The translations under genes were made by a program, and so were the position numbers. Source: Candidatus Zhuqueibacterota bacterium (lineage in GTDB: Bacteria > Zhuqueibacterota > Zhuqueibacteria > Thermofontimicrobiales > Thiofontviventaceae). From it: a stretch of DNA of 64,000 bases. Position 1 is the stretch's first letter, and every line of letters starts with the position of its first letter. This document shows, one piece after another, positions 1 to 9,800 of the stretch. The stretch covers positions 21,341 through 85,340 of the forward strand of contig JAFGOE010000125.1 in NCBI GenBank assembly GCA_016926625.1. The letters run 5' to 3'. The notes under the pieces were generated by a model. That model made no database searches. It had not been told where the DNA came from and saw only the letters and a list, made by a program, of their open reading frames with translations.

Positions 1-1
1 C

Positions 2-574
2 ACGAACTTGAAAGAAAGCGACAAAATCGTCATCGGATCCATCGGGAGTTTAGTGCCTGTCAAAGGTCATGCCTACCTCTTTCTCGCGGTTCAGCAATTG
101 CCAAAGGAGATTCGGGAGAAAATTAAACTGCTCGTCGTCGGAGATGGTCCGATGCGACCCGAACTCGAGACACAAGTGCATCAGTTGGGACTCGATGATG
201 TCGTTATTTTTGCCGGTCATCGCGCTGATGTTCACCGAATGATCGATGTGTGCAGCTTCCTGATCAACTCATCCGTACAGGAAGGATTATCCAGGGTTGT
301 GGTTGAATCTTATCTCAGATCAAGGCCCGTTATTGCCACGGATCTCGATTATGCAGCCGAGGTGATTATACCGAATCAGAGCGGACTGATCGTACCAGTC
401 AGAGATTGCCGATCGCTCGCCATGGCGATGAAACGATACATCGAGAATCCGGAAATGGTGAAAATGCACGGTGTACGCGGGAAATCTTTCATCGCTGACC
501 GATTTACCCTCAGCAGGATGTTGGAAAATTACCACTTTCTTTATCATGAGCTGCTGATACAAAAGCGTAAGTAA
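2..574 (+). CDS. Glycosyltransferase family 4 (GT-B), C-terminal part; 5' end lies outside the window
   Basis: The ORF is open from the window edge. The GT1/GT4 C-terminal Rossmann pattern is present (KLLVVGDGP...EGLSRVVVESYLRSRPVIATD...FTLSRMLENY). Confidence 0.7.
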   Translation, partial: TNLKESDKIVIGSIGSLVPVKGHAYLFLAVQQLPKEIREKIKLLVVGDGPMRPELETQVHQLGLDDVVIFAGHRADVHRMIDVCSFLINSSVQEGLSRVVVESYLRSRPVIATDLDYAAEVIIPNQSGLIVPVRDCRSLAMAMKRYIENPEMVKMHGVRGKSFIADRFTLSRMLENYHFLYHELLIQKRK

Positions 575-813
575 AAATTGTAATTGAAACCCCACTCATC
601 CAGCCTGTTGTACTGTATCATAAAATATTATTTTTTCATAACTCTATGAAATATTTATAATTATAATCATAATACCGATAAAAAGGAATACTCTGGTATA
701 TTTTTTGTTGCTTTTTATGAGTATTTTAACAATATTTAATAATTATATTTCAGACAGTGATTGAACGGACACCGGATGGTTAGCGAGTAACGAATCTGAT
801 ACAATTAAATCTT

Positions 814-2484
814 ATGATCCATCAACTCATTCTATCAACACATAGCCTGCAACGGAGAGTAATCAGTCTAATCGTCATGGGTATAATCATGACAGGGACG
901 CCGTTGCATTCGGCAGACTATTACATCTCTCCGTCTGGCGACGATGCGAACTCAGGTTCAATAGATGCCCCCTGGAAAACGATCGGTAAAGCGAATAACG
1001 AATTAAGACCAGGTGATACGGCCTATCTCCGCCAGGGATACTATGCGGAGACCATTCAACCTTTGTCGAGCGGAGCCGCGGGCCTATACATCACGTATTC
1101 CGGGTACGCTGCAGAACGGGCTATAATCGGTTCGCGACCCGACGGAGCCAATTTAAGTGGTCGTAGTTATATTATCATCCGTAAACTCTCTTTCGAAAGC
1201 TGCAATTATTTCATTCGTTCATTTCCTGAAGGATTCGATTATTGCATCATCGAGGACTGTCGCATGTCCCGGCAGACTGGCTGGTGCGGAATTGAGGTGG
1301 GTGATGGCAGCAATCACAACAGGATCAGAAATAATGTAGTGGACAGTGGCGATATCGAAGGGGATTGTATCCATATCGGTTCCGATGATCTCGGTGAAGT
1401 ATACGGAGCGCGATACAATATCGTCGAGGGTAATGATGTATCCAATGCGCGGCATGGTGGGATCACGTGCGCCGGTGACAGGACCCGGTTCAATATCATT
1501 CGTAACAATTATGCTCATGACATCGGCGACAACTGTCTGGCAACAGGGGCACTCGCTGCGTGGATCTTAATCGAAGGGAACAGGATACACAATCCGGGTA
1601 CAGATCGCGACGGAGCGTCAGGCATCCAGTTACGATCGGAGTATACGATTGTGCGCAGAAACATTATGACCCGAAATTTTAATATGGATATCGACATTGA
1701 TGCGGCGGGGATTTTGCTGCAAGCGACCGACGATCGACCTTATGTCCGCTACAATAAAATATACAACAATGTGATCTACAATTTCGATCAACAGGCCACC
1801 CCCTGGCACGGCATCAAATTATCCGTCTACACCACGATCACACCATTTGGTCCGAATATTTTCAAGAACAACATTATCTATAAAAACGGCATCTCGAACG
1901 CGAACGCTTTTCAGATCTTTTACTCCCGCGTTCTCCGATCCACCCCAACGGATCGATTCGATTCCAACTTAATCCGCGGTTTGAATGCAAGTGAAAAAGT
2001 GATCTATTTTTTCGAATACAACAATCAAAAACTATCATTAGACCAGGCGAAACAGTCTTATTCTATGCTATTCACTGAAACGAATTTAGATCTTGATCCG
2101 ATGTTCCTGAATGAGACCGGGTTTAATTTTGAATTAATGTCTGGATCTCCCTGTCGTGACGCCGGCGCGTCGCTAACGCGAACGACCTCGGCTGGCAGTG
2201 GTAATCTGGTAAGTGTAGAAGATGCCGGATATTTTATTGACGGCTGGTCGATCACCGACGGTGACCAGATCAGAGTCGGCAGGAGTGAGCCGGTACGAAT
2301 CGTGCGTATCGACTATTCGACTAATACGATCACGCTCGATCGATCCATTCAATGGAACGCCAATGATAGTGTTAACCTAAATTATTACGGCAGTGCGCCT
2401 GATATCGGTGCGTACGAGTTTTATGTACCGCCTGATTACACCGCTCCTACCCCGCCACAAAATCCCGTCATCACGAATCCTTAA
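814..2484 (+). CDS. Secreted right-handed parallel beta-helix repeat protein (pectin-lyase fold)
   Basis: There is an N-terminal signal peptide (IVMGIIMTGTPLHSA). The ADYYISPSGDDANSGS...PWKTI start is typical of beta-helix proteins, and repeated NNxI/RNN turns recur throughout. Confidence 0.65.
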   Translation: MIHQLILSTHSLQRRVISLIVMGIIMTGTPLHSADYYISPSGDDANSGSIDAPWKTIGKANNELRPGDTAYLRQGYYAETIQPLSSGAAGLYITYSGYAAERAIIGSRPDGANLSGRSYIIIRKLSFESCNYFIRSFPEGFDYCIIEDCRMSRQTGWCGIEVGDGSNHNRIRNNVVDSGDIEGDCIHIGSDDLGEVYGARYNIVEGNDVSNARHGGITCAGDRTRFNIIRNNYAHDIGDNCLATGALAAWILIEGNRIHNPGTDRDGASGIQLRSEYTIVRRNIMTRNFNMDIDIDAAGILLQATDDRPYVRYNKIYNNVIYNFDQQATPWHGIKLSVYTTITPFGPNIFKNNIIYKNGISNANAFQIFYSRVLRSTPTDRFDSNLIRGLNASEKVIYFFEYNNQKLSLDQAKQSYSMLFTETNLDLDPMFLNETGFNFELMSGSPCRDAGASLTRTTSAGSGNLVSVEDAGYFIDGWSITDGDQIRVGRSEPVRIVRIDYSTNTITLDRSIQWNANDSVNLNYYGSAPDIGAYEFYVPPDYTAPTPPQNPVITNP

Positions 2485-2495
2485 ACCGGATGGAT

Positions 2496-3848
2496 CTAGG
2501 CGACTGCCAATCCGTACTTTCTCTCTTTTTTATAGTTCTCCAGGAACGAATCCGCCGCTTTTATTCCGCTCAGTATCGATGGCCCCATCAATAAATATTT
2601 CCATCCTCCCCATCGACCGAAGCTATGGATATCGTGGTGAGCCAGAAAATCGATCACCAGTTTCAGATGAGGTTCGTAGTTACATTGAAATATGAGATGA
2701 CAATATTTCAGATCCGAAACATCGCTCGTCACGATCTCACTCTCGTGTTCTAGCAGACCCACCCTCTTCAGGTCGGCGACGGTTCGCAAGTAGGCTTCCT
2801 CGCGTGATAAAGGGAATCGTTCGGCATGATAGGAGACCTCTGCACACAAAATGCTGTGTCCCGCAGGCGCGCTATAAGGCGCCACATTCGATTGAATCGT
2901 CACCCGATAAAACAAGATATCGGGCTCGTGGTAGCGAATAATTCGAAAGGGCGAAACCGGGTGTCGTTTGACACCGAGATTGATGACATATCCGGATGTA
3001 TATTGAATTTCTCTATTGGCTATCTCTCTGATCTCCCCGGGGATGCCTTCCATCATGTTGATCACCTCGGGCAGCGGCAGACTCGACAAGATCTGTGAAT
3101 AATGACTCGAAGTACCATCGCTGAATTTGATTTTTTTAATCCGCGGATGGATCGAGACTACTTCCTTGTTTAACTGCAGTTGATTGAACGATAGACGATT
3201 TGCCAATGCATTGATGAAACTCTGAATGCCTCCCCTGGAAGGGTATTGAAACTCGGCGTTCTCATCCATGGAACTGCCTGTATCGCGTAGCGATCCTCGC
3301 ACAAGCTCAAAGAAGTTTGGCCTGGTCACCCGATGTTTTACCCATTCTGCATCCAGCAAATAGGGTGTATATCGCAACCGTTTCTGATCATAGGGCAAGA
3401 AAAAATTCTTAAATATTCTATTCCCCAAAACGGATCGGAAGAAGTCGGCGTAATTAGACGCTTTCTTCTCATCTCTAAATTTTGACAAGCCGTAGTCGAT
3501 CAAACTGATTATAATTTCTTTTGCCGGCAGGCCATACAGATGGGCCTGATAGGGTGCTCTGATGTAATTACCCTTGATTTGAGAATGATAGAGCATCGAA
3601 TTGTGGCAGTATACCTCACTGTTATCGATCAGCGAAGCGACCAGCTCTTTGATTTGGGCTGGGGGACTGAAGATGATGTGTGGACCGATGTCGAACAAAA
3701 AATCATCTTTGTTTATCGTCCGGCATATTCCCCCGGCCTGATCTTCTTTCTCAAAAATCGTTGCCTTTATGCCGTCCTGATTCAAGCGATATGCTGCTCC
3801 CAGGCCTGAGAGCCCGCCGCCCAAAACGACAATTCCTTGTTCATTCAT
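2496..3848 (-). CDS. FAD/NAD(P)-binding oxidoreductase (amine-oxidase / protoporphyrinogen-oxidase-like superfamily)
   Basis: The N-terminal GxGxxG dinucleotide fold is IVVLGGGLSGLGAAYRL...FEKEDQAGG. The ATG at 3848 is preceded by a GAGGGG SD at a 6-nt spacing; the track's ORF extends to a TTG at 3875. Confidence 0.6.
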   Translation of the reverse strand: MNEQGIVVLGGGLSGLGAAYRLNQDGIKATIFEKEDQAGGICRTINKDDFLFDIGPHIIFSPPAQIKELVASLIDNSEVYCHNSMLYHSQIKGNYIRAPYQAHLYGLPAKEIIISLIDYGLSKFRDEKKASNYADFFRSVLGNRIFKNFFLPYDQKRLRYTPYLLDAEWVKHRVTRPNFFELVRGSLRDTGSSMDENAEFQYPSRGGIQSFINALANRLSFNQLQLNKEVVSIHPRIKKIKFSDGTSSHYSQILSSLPLPEVINMMEGIPGEIREIANREIQYTSGYVINLGVKRHPVSPFRIIRYHEPDILFYRVTIQSNVAPYSAPAGHSILCAEVSYHAERFPLSREEAYLRTVADLKRVGLLEHESEIVTSDVSDLKYCHLIFQCNYEPHLKLVIDFLAHHDIHSFGRWGGWKYLLMGPSILSGIKAADSFLENYKKERKYGLAVA

Positions 3849-3984
3849 ACATATCCCCTCGTATGCAGATATCAATATTCTTAAATACTTGCATAATCGG
3901 TTGGATGCGTAAATTTATGATTCAGGGGATTGTAGAACTACCAGACATGCTGATAAAAAGCGGTTAAAGGTTTAATCGAGAGAT

Positions 3985-4503
3985 TTACTGCAATAGTTTC
4001 GAATCGATTAAATGCTGAAATAATATCTTGAACCACACAGTATAGATGTCCGGATTAGTTTTCATATCAACGGCAAGGTCAGGGATCCCTATCCATTTGT
4101 AATCCTGCACCTCATCCGGATTGATCTCGATGGGTCCGTCATAGGTACCGAACAGGACGTGATCATACTCATGTTCTGTGAGGCCATGATCTAATTCGGC
4201 GTAATAGATAAATTGGTGGACTTCGCTTAGATCACAATCGAAACCCATTTCCTCCCCCAATCGCCGATGAGCAGCCTGTTCCACACTTTCGCCGGGGCGC
4301 GGATGACTGCAACATGCGTTGGACCACATTCCACCGGAGTGATACTTATGATCTGCCCGCTGCTGTAAAAGCATCTCACCACGCTGATTTAGAATAACGA
4401 TGGAGAACGCGCGGTGTAAAACAGCCTGCTCATGGGCGTTCATCTTCTCCGAAAAACCAGCCGGATTGTCATGTTCATCGACCAGAATCACATAATCATT
4501 CAT
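3985..4503 (-). CDS. idi: Isopentenyl-diphosphate delta-isomerase, type 1 (Nudix fold)
   Basis: Strong family motifs are present: HRAFSIVILNQRGEMLLQQRADHKYHSGGMWSNACCSHPRPGES...GEEMG, including the conserved Cys and Glu catalytic context. Confidence 0.85.
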   Translation of the reverse strand: MNDYVILVDEHDNPAGFSEKMNAHEQAVLHRAFSIVILNQRGEMLLQQRADHKYHSGGMWSNACCSHPRPGESVEQAAHRRLGEEMGFDCDLSEVHQFIYYAELDHGLTEHEYDHVLFGTYDGPIEINPDEVQDYKWIGIPDLAVDMKTNPDIYTVWFKILFQHLIDSKLLQ

Positions 4504-4583
4504 CTTATCTCCCTATTTAAGCGATTGATAGCCTTACATCATGTTTTTCATTTTTCCATAAAACTTTAAAATTACCTTAGCAA

Positions 4584-5591
4584 TTAAAACAGATGTTCAT
4601 CAGTTACGAACGCGTCTTTACCCGCGACGGCGGGAACGACTCGCTGCACTCCATCAATGCCGCTGATCTCCCTGGCGACCGATTCCAGGTCGGACCGATG
4701 GCATAGACAATGAACATTGGGTCCCGCATCGATGGTAAAATAACATTCCATCCCTGCACTTCTGAGCTTCATGATCGTTTTCATCACGTTCAGTGTCGCA
4801 GGAGACCAGTAAAAAAGCGGCGGATCGGATGTCATCATCACGGCGTGCATGTATTTACAATTTTCCTCTGCTGTACGGCCGACCGTCGTGAAATCGTTCT
4901 CCAGTATCGCCTTGCGCACAATTTCAGCCTGTTGTTGTGATTTGATGATACGGATATCATTGAACGGGCTCGAGTGAGCCGTCGCATGCCCCTCTTCAGA
5001 CGACACTGGCTTTTCGTTTTCATCGATGATGGCGATCGCCACGCTCATGTCGAATTCATCGCAGGAGCATATTTTTTCTGCATAAGCTGTCTCGTGAGAT
5101 CCTCCCTGATACAGGTAGACAAAGCCTCCGAATACAGACCGTGCCGCCGATCCCGAACCCAGCCGCACGTAAGAGGACAGCTTTTCCCGGCTCATGGTCA
5201 AACCAAGCGCCGAGGCGGCTGCCAGGCCCAGAGCAGCGAAGCCTGACGCAGACGAAGCCAGTCCTGCCATAGTCGGGAAATCGTTTCTGCTCTGCATCAT
5301 GAATTTTAACTCGATTCCGGCAAGTTCACGCAACGCATCGATGACGCGCCGGATGCGGTCGATGCGACTGCCGCGCAGCGGATTGGAATTGAGAACAGCC
5401 GTATCCTGATCGTACTGTTCGCTAAATTCCACCGTGGTATGACTCTGCAGACAAATGCCGTCCACCAGGCCGTACTTCGTCATACTCACCGTGTCGTTCA
5501 GCGGGATATTCAATGCCGATCTCTCTTCCGCTGACCGGCCCCAGTATTTGACCAACGCAATGTTCGAAAACGCTATCGCCGATGCTTTCAT
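4584..5591 (-). CDS. Diphosphomevalonate decarboxylase (GHMP kinase family; mevalonate pathway)
   Basis: The N-terminus NIALVKYWGRSAEERSALNIP plus the GHMP ATP-binding loop AGLASSASGFAALGLAA are hallmarks of mevalonate-PP decarboxylases. Confidence 0.75.
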   Translation of the reverse strand: MKASAIAFSNIALVKYWGRSAEERSALNIPLNDTVSMTKYGLVDGICLQSHTTVEFSEQYDQDTAVLNSNPLRGSRIDRIRRVIDALRELAGIELKFMMQSRNDFPTMAGLASSASGFAALGLAAASALGLTMSREKLSSYVRLGSGSAARSVFGGFVYLYQGGSHETAYAEKICSCDEFDMSVAIAIIDENEKPVSSEEGHATAHSSPFNDIRIIKSQQQAEIVRKAILENDFTTVGRTAEENCKYMHAVMMTSDPPLFYWSPATLNVMKTIMKLRSAGMECYFTIDAGPNVHCLCHRSDLESVAREISGIDGVQRVVPAVAGKDAFVTDEHLF

Positions 5592-5743
5592 GTTTATACC
5601 CAGATACTCGATCCGGTCGCCGGGTCATTCATAGTGAACATGGTTAAGATACCCCTTTATATTGTTGGATATGATACAAAATATCTATTTATTGCAATAT
5701 CATCGTAATAGATCGGTTTTTTGATACACCCCTCTGATATGAA

Positions 5744-6427
5744 TCATCGGTTCTGATTCGATGACTGATTCAATTGCACTCCATAATTACAGAGCCGTAC
5801 AATCGGGCATTCATCGCATCTCGGCTTCGCTGCCTTACAGATGGTCCTGCCCAGCTTGAGAAAGTTCATATGCAGTGAATACGATTTATTGCCAGGTACC
5901 AGGGATTGCATCAGATGGTGCGTCTTTTCCGCCGACGCATTGTCCGGCACCAGTCCGATTCGGCGACAGATCCGATGGACATGCGTATCCACCGGAAAGA
6001 TATCGACACCACACGTGAACATCAGTACCACGCTTATCGTCTTGATCCCGATCCCTTTTAATTGCATAAACTCATCGATCACCTCTTGTGGATTCCTCGA
6101 GCAGATAAAGTCGATATCTAAGCTACCGTACGTTTCGTAGATCCACTCCAAAATATGTTTAATGCGAACGCTCTTTTGATTGGACAGTCCAGCAGGCCTG
6201 ATCGCGGCGGCGATCTCTGCAGGCGATGAGTTCATGACATCCTCCCAGGCAGGGTATTTTTTCCGAAGCGCCTCGTAAGCGGCATCACGATTTTTATCGT
6301 TCGTGTTTTGAGATAGCACCGTATTGATCAGGCTGTTTAGCGGACGCCCTCCCCCTGCCCATTTCGGTTCGCCAAAATGGTTTTCCAGGCTTTTCGTGAT
6401 ATCGGCTACTCTTTGGTTCATCATGAA
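5744..6427 (-). CDS. nth: Endonuclease III-like HhH-GPD DNA glycosylase with C-terminal [4Fe-4S] cluster loop
   Basis: An HhH-GPD region (LKGIGIKTISVVLMFTCGVDIFPVDTHVHRI) and the motif CKAAKPRCDECPIVRLC are present. I placed the start at MMNQ (6427), which has a GGGAG SD; the track ORF extends to 6580 with an N-terminus that has no homolog. Confidence 0.7.
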   Translation of the reverse strand, partial: FMMNQRVADITKSLENHFGEPKWAGGGRPLNSLINTVLSQNTNDKNRDAAYEALRKKYPAWEDVMNSSPAEIAAAIRPAGLSNQKSVRIKHILEWIYETYGSLDIDFICSRNPQEVIDEFMQLKGIGIKTISVVLMFTCGVDIFPVDTHVHRICRRIGLVPDNASAEKTHHLMQSLVPGNKSYSLHMNFLKLGRTICKAAKPRCDECPIVRLCNYGVQLNQSSNQNR

Positions 6428-6562
6428 GTCATTACTCCCACATGTCTCATCATTTCCAATTATTTGATGGTGAGGATTACAAAAATGTATATCGAAAATA
6501 TAAAATTCATTTATCAGGCTCAGAACTGCGTCGTTTGGATGCAAGAATGTTAAAATAAACGT

Positions 6563-6588
6563 TTTTTTATTAAAAATCAAGTAAAAGC
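6563..6588. repeat. 26-nt AT-rich intergenic element TTTTTTTATTAAAAATCAAGTAAAAG, copy 1
   Basis: A near-identical copy lies at 39551-39577. Both copies sit 70-160 nt upstream of minus-strand genes. Confidence 0.45.
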
Positions 6589-6878
6589 ATCTGCCTTCAT
6601 TCGATAATATTACAAAAACTTGATATTTAAAACTTATTTTTTTGAGGCATAAATTTTGCAGATTTGAATAATTAAGGTATATAATAATTTAGAGATCGTT
6701 ATATCATTCAATAAAAAGTAGTTATAATTGGTTTTATTAACTAACATTTGCCCGTTTTACCGAGTGCGAAAGAGACTAACGACGATACAGAATATGACTC
6801 AAATTGAGAGAGCATGGCTCAAAACCAGTCATGATGATACAATTACAAATAGTAGATTTAGACGAAAGGATTCTTCAC

Positions 6879-9800
6879 ATGAGTAAGCAGCGCTTCCCCC
6901 TCCTGATCATGATTCTTATGATTTTTCTACTGCCGCATGATTCATTTACACAGGAATGGTCGAATGAGATATCAATCGAATTACCCGGTCAGGGGATGAC
7001 CACAACGCCCAATTTTGATATCGATCCAAGGACCGGACATTTGCACATTGTGACCATGAAAAATCCAGAAGGCGTACTATATACGGAGATGGACAAGGAT
7101 GGAAATATATTAAAACAGACCAGCATCGTTAACGCGGCCAAAGACGTTGCATCGGGTGGTGCCTGGAACGGGGCTGCAGTAGCCGTCGATTCGAAGGGTT
7201 ACCCCCACGTGGTCTATCGTGAACCTATTTACACCGACCCCCCTTCATTTACCAGCTATTATACCCATTGGAACGGTAGCGACTGGACGAGGCCGATCGA
7301 ATTGTCCAGACGGGTAAAGCGCGGTTGGATGCTGCGGATCGACATTGATGAGAACGATAAAGTACATATTTTGAGAGGATCCATGGCTGACGATCCGAAC
7401 GATCCGGAAGGCAATCTATTAGTAGGACCGGTGAAGTACTTCCGTTTCTCCAATGATGTACTGGAAACGACAACGGACGATATCTTTCGATACAGTGCGG
7501 ATGGGAGAGTGACATTGAGTGCGGCATTTGAGAACCAGGTTCATTTTTTGACCAGTTGTTCGGACTATCCTGAATGGGGTGGTCCGGTATGGTACTGGCG
7601 TTCCTTTAATGGAGGGGATACCTGGGAGAAGACCACAGTACAGAACTCGAACGCCAAACGCGCAAACGGTTCGCCGGATGTTTTTGTCGACGCAGCAGGC
7701 CATGTTCACATCGTATACGGCAGTCAGCAGGACTGGCAGGTCAATAAGTGGCCATCGGTGCGATACACTCGATTCGAGAACAATACGCAACTATTCGATA
7801 TCCCGGTCACACTGGAGGGTGAGGTTGCTAAGAGATTCGATACCCCACAAGGTGTGGCGTCCGTCGCCGCAAGCAGTGACGGAGAGATCGTGATCGTCTG
7901 TTTCTCCGAAGATTTCGGTGGTCGTCTGTTTACTAAAGAATCATACGATGGCGGACGCAACTGGTCACAGAAAGAATTGATCGCCGAGGAGAGCTGCGGC
8001 AGTCTCGGCCGCAACGGCCAGGTCATCCGGGCAATCGGCGATATATTTTACGCCCTTTACCCGACTCCATCCGGAGTAAAATTGCGCATAAAAGCCTTCT
8101 CAACAAATGCATCGCCTGTCGCAGATATCGGTGGTCCCTATAGCGGATATGAGGGTGATCTGATTCAATTCGATGCATCCGGCTCGACGGATGAAGATGG
8201 CAATATCGAGACGTATGAATGGGATTTCAATGATGACGGTGTCTATGAACTCATGATGACCATACCGTTCGCCTCGAATCTCTTTCCTGACGATTATAAC
8301 GGGAATGTGCGGTTAAGAGTCACCGATGGAGAGAATGCATCCAATACGGATCATGCCATGGTCATCATACGAAATGTCGCCCCCACGGCGTACGCGGGTG
8401 GTCCGTATCGTGGGATGTTAGGAGAAGTGATCCGACTGACAGGAACTGCGACCGATCCCGGCGCCGACCAGTTAACCTACAGTTGGGATCTTGATAATAA
8501 CGGTAGCTTCGAAACGCCAGGCGCGAATGTACAAAAGATATTTAATACCAATGGCAGGCATAATGTCGTTCTTAAAGTCAGCGATGACGATGGTGGTATC
8601 GGGTACGACACCACCATGGTGCAGATCAATAACGATCCTCCAATGCTCAGTCATATCGGCAATCAGACCATAGACGAAGGTGATTCCTTCGATAGTGTTA
8701 ATTTATATCAGGCTGTTTACGATGCAGATAATGATGATTCTGAGATCGGCTGGATTTTCTCTGGTCAAAAAAAGCTCAATATATCGGTCGAATTCGACAG
8801 CATCGCGCATATAGCCGTCGTCGACTCCGAATGGAATGGCAGTGAAACCATCCTCTTCATCGCCATGGATCCGGGTCAATCCGCCGATAGCGCGACTGCG
8901 GTTTACACGGTGCTTCCGGTTAATGATCCGCCTAAAATAGGTCGTATAAACGTCCCTCCGATTAACGAAGGGGAAGTATTCGACTACATCTTTCTGGATA
9001 CGTATCTGAGTGATCCGGATAACGCAATCTCCGAAATTATGTGGGACTTTAGAGGCAATAGCGATTTATCGGTCATGATCGATCAACGAGTTGCCATCGT
9101 TACCCCTCCGGACGAGGATTGGTATGGTGCTGAAGATGTAACCTTTGTGGCAACAGATGAGAATGGAAATGGCCTCTCTGCGGAAGCCGTGGTAAGGTTC
9201 ATCGTACAACCCATCAATGATCCTCCTCAAATCACCGGCATCCCTGATCAGACCGTAAAATATACGGAAAATTTTCATCCAGTACTGCTCGACACATGTG
9301 TAAACGATGTGGACACTCCACCAGCGAATATCCAATGGTCTTATTTCGGTAACCATCATTTCACGTTCAATATCAACTATCGCATACTCTCTGTGCAATC
9401 GAGTGAACCGGACTGGATAGGAACGGAGACTGTTTATTTTATCGCATCAGATGGTGAGTTTTCAGATACAACAGCAGCAACTTTTACGACTGTTTATTTT
9501 AATACTCCTCCTGTTACGCAGGGGTTCTTTAATCAGACCATCAACGAGAACGGTCATTTTGAAACGTTATATCTCGATAACATGGTCAACGACCCCGATC
9601 ATCGAGCCGATGAATTATCATGGTCATATTACGGCAATCATAATATGCTCGTCAGTGGTTTGAGCCAAAGGATGCTCCAGATTGCTGTCGCCGATTCAGA
9701 ATGGGCCGGTAGTGAGACCATCACTTTTGTCGTGACCGATCCGGGTGGACTGTCAGATAGCAGCTTCGCGACCTATTCTGTGATACCGATGAACGATCCG

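Noticed and set aside
4584-5591. Calling the GHMP decarboxylase specifically a phosphomevalonate decarboxylase (alternative MVA pathway)
   Set aside because: Substrate specificity cannot be distinguished by eye from the sequence. I kept the generic diphosphomevalonate decarboxylase family call.
5744-6580. Full-length 278-aa version of the endonuclease III ORF with a 52-aa N-terminal extension
   Set aside because: The extension has no similarity to Nth proteins. A GGGAG SD precedes the internal ATG at 6427, and Nth proteins are about 210-230 aa, so the shorter gene is preferred.
7249-8026. Several 60-120-aa ORFs on both strands inside the surface-protein gene (7249-7527, 7419-7790, 7579-7893 and 7724-8026, for example). 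Similar antisense ORFs lie inside valS (47500-47994), ychF (28526-29074), rnfC (34990-35601) and rnfG (33134-33616).
   Set aside because: They are embedded in or antisense to long, well-supported genes with clear homology. They have no RBS and their composition is typical of shadow ORFs, so they are most likely spurious.
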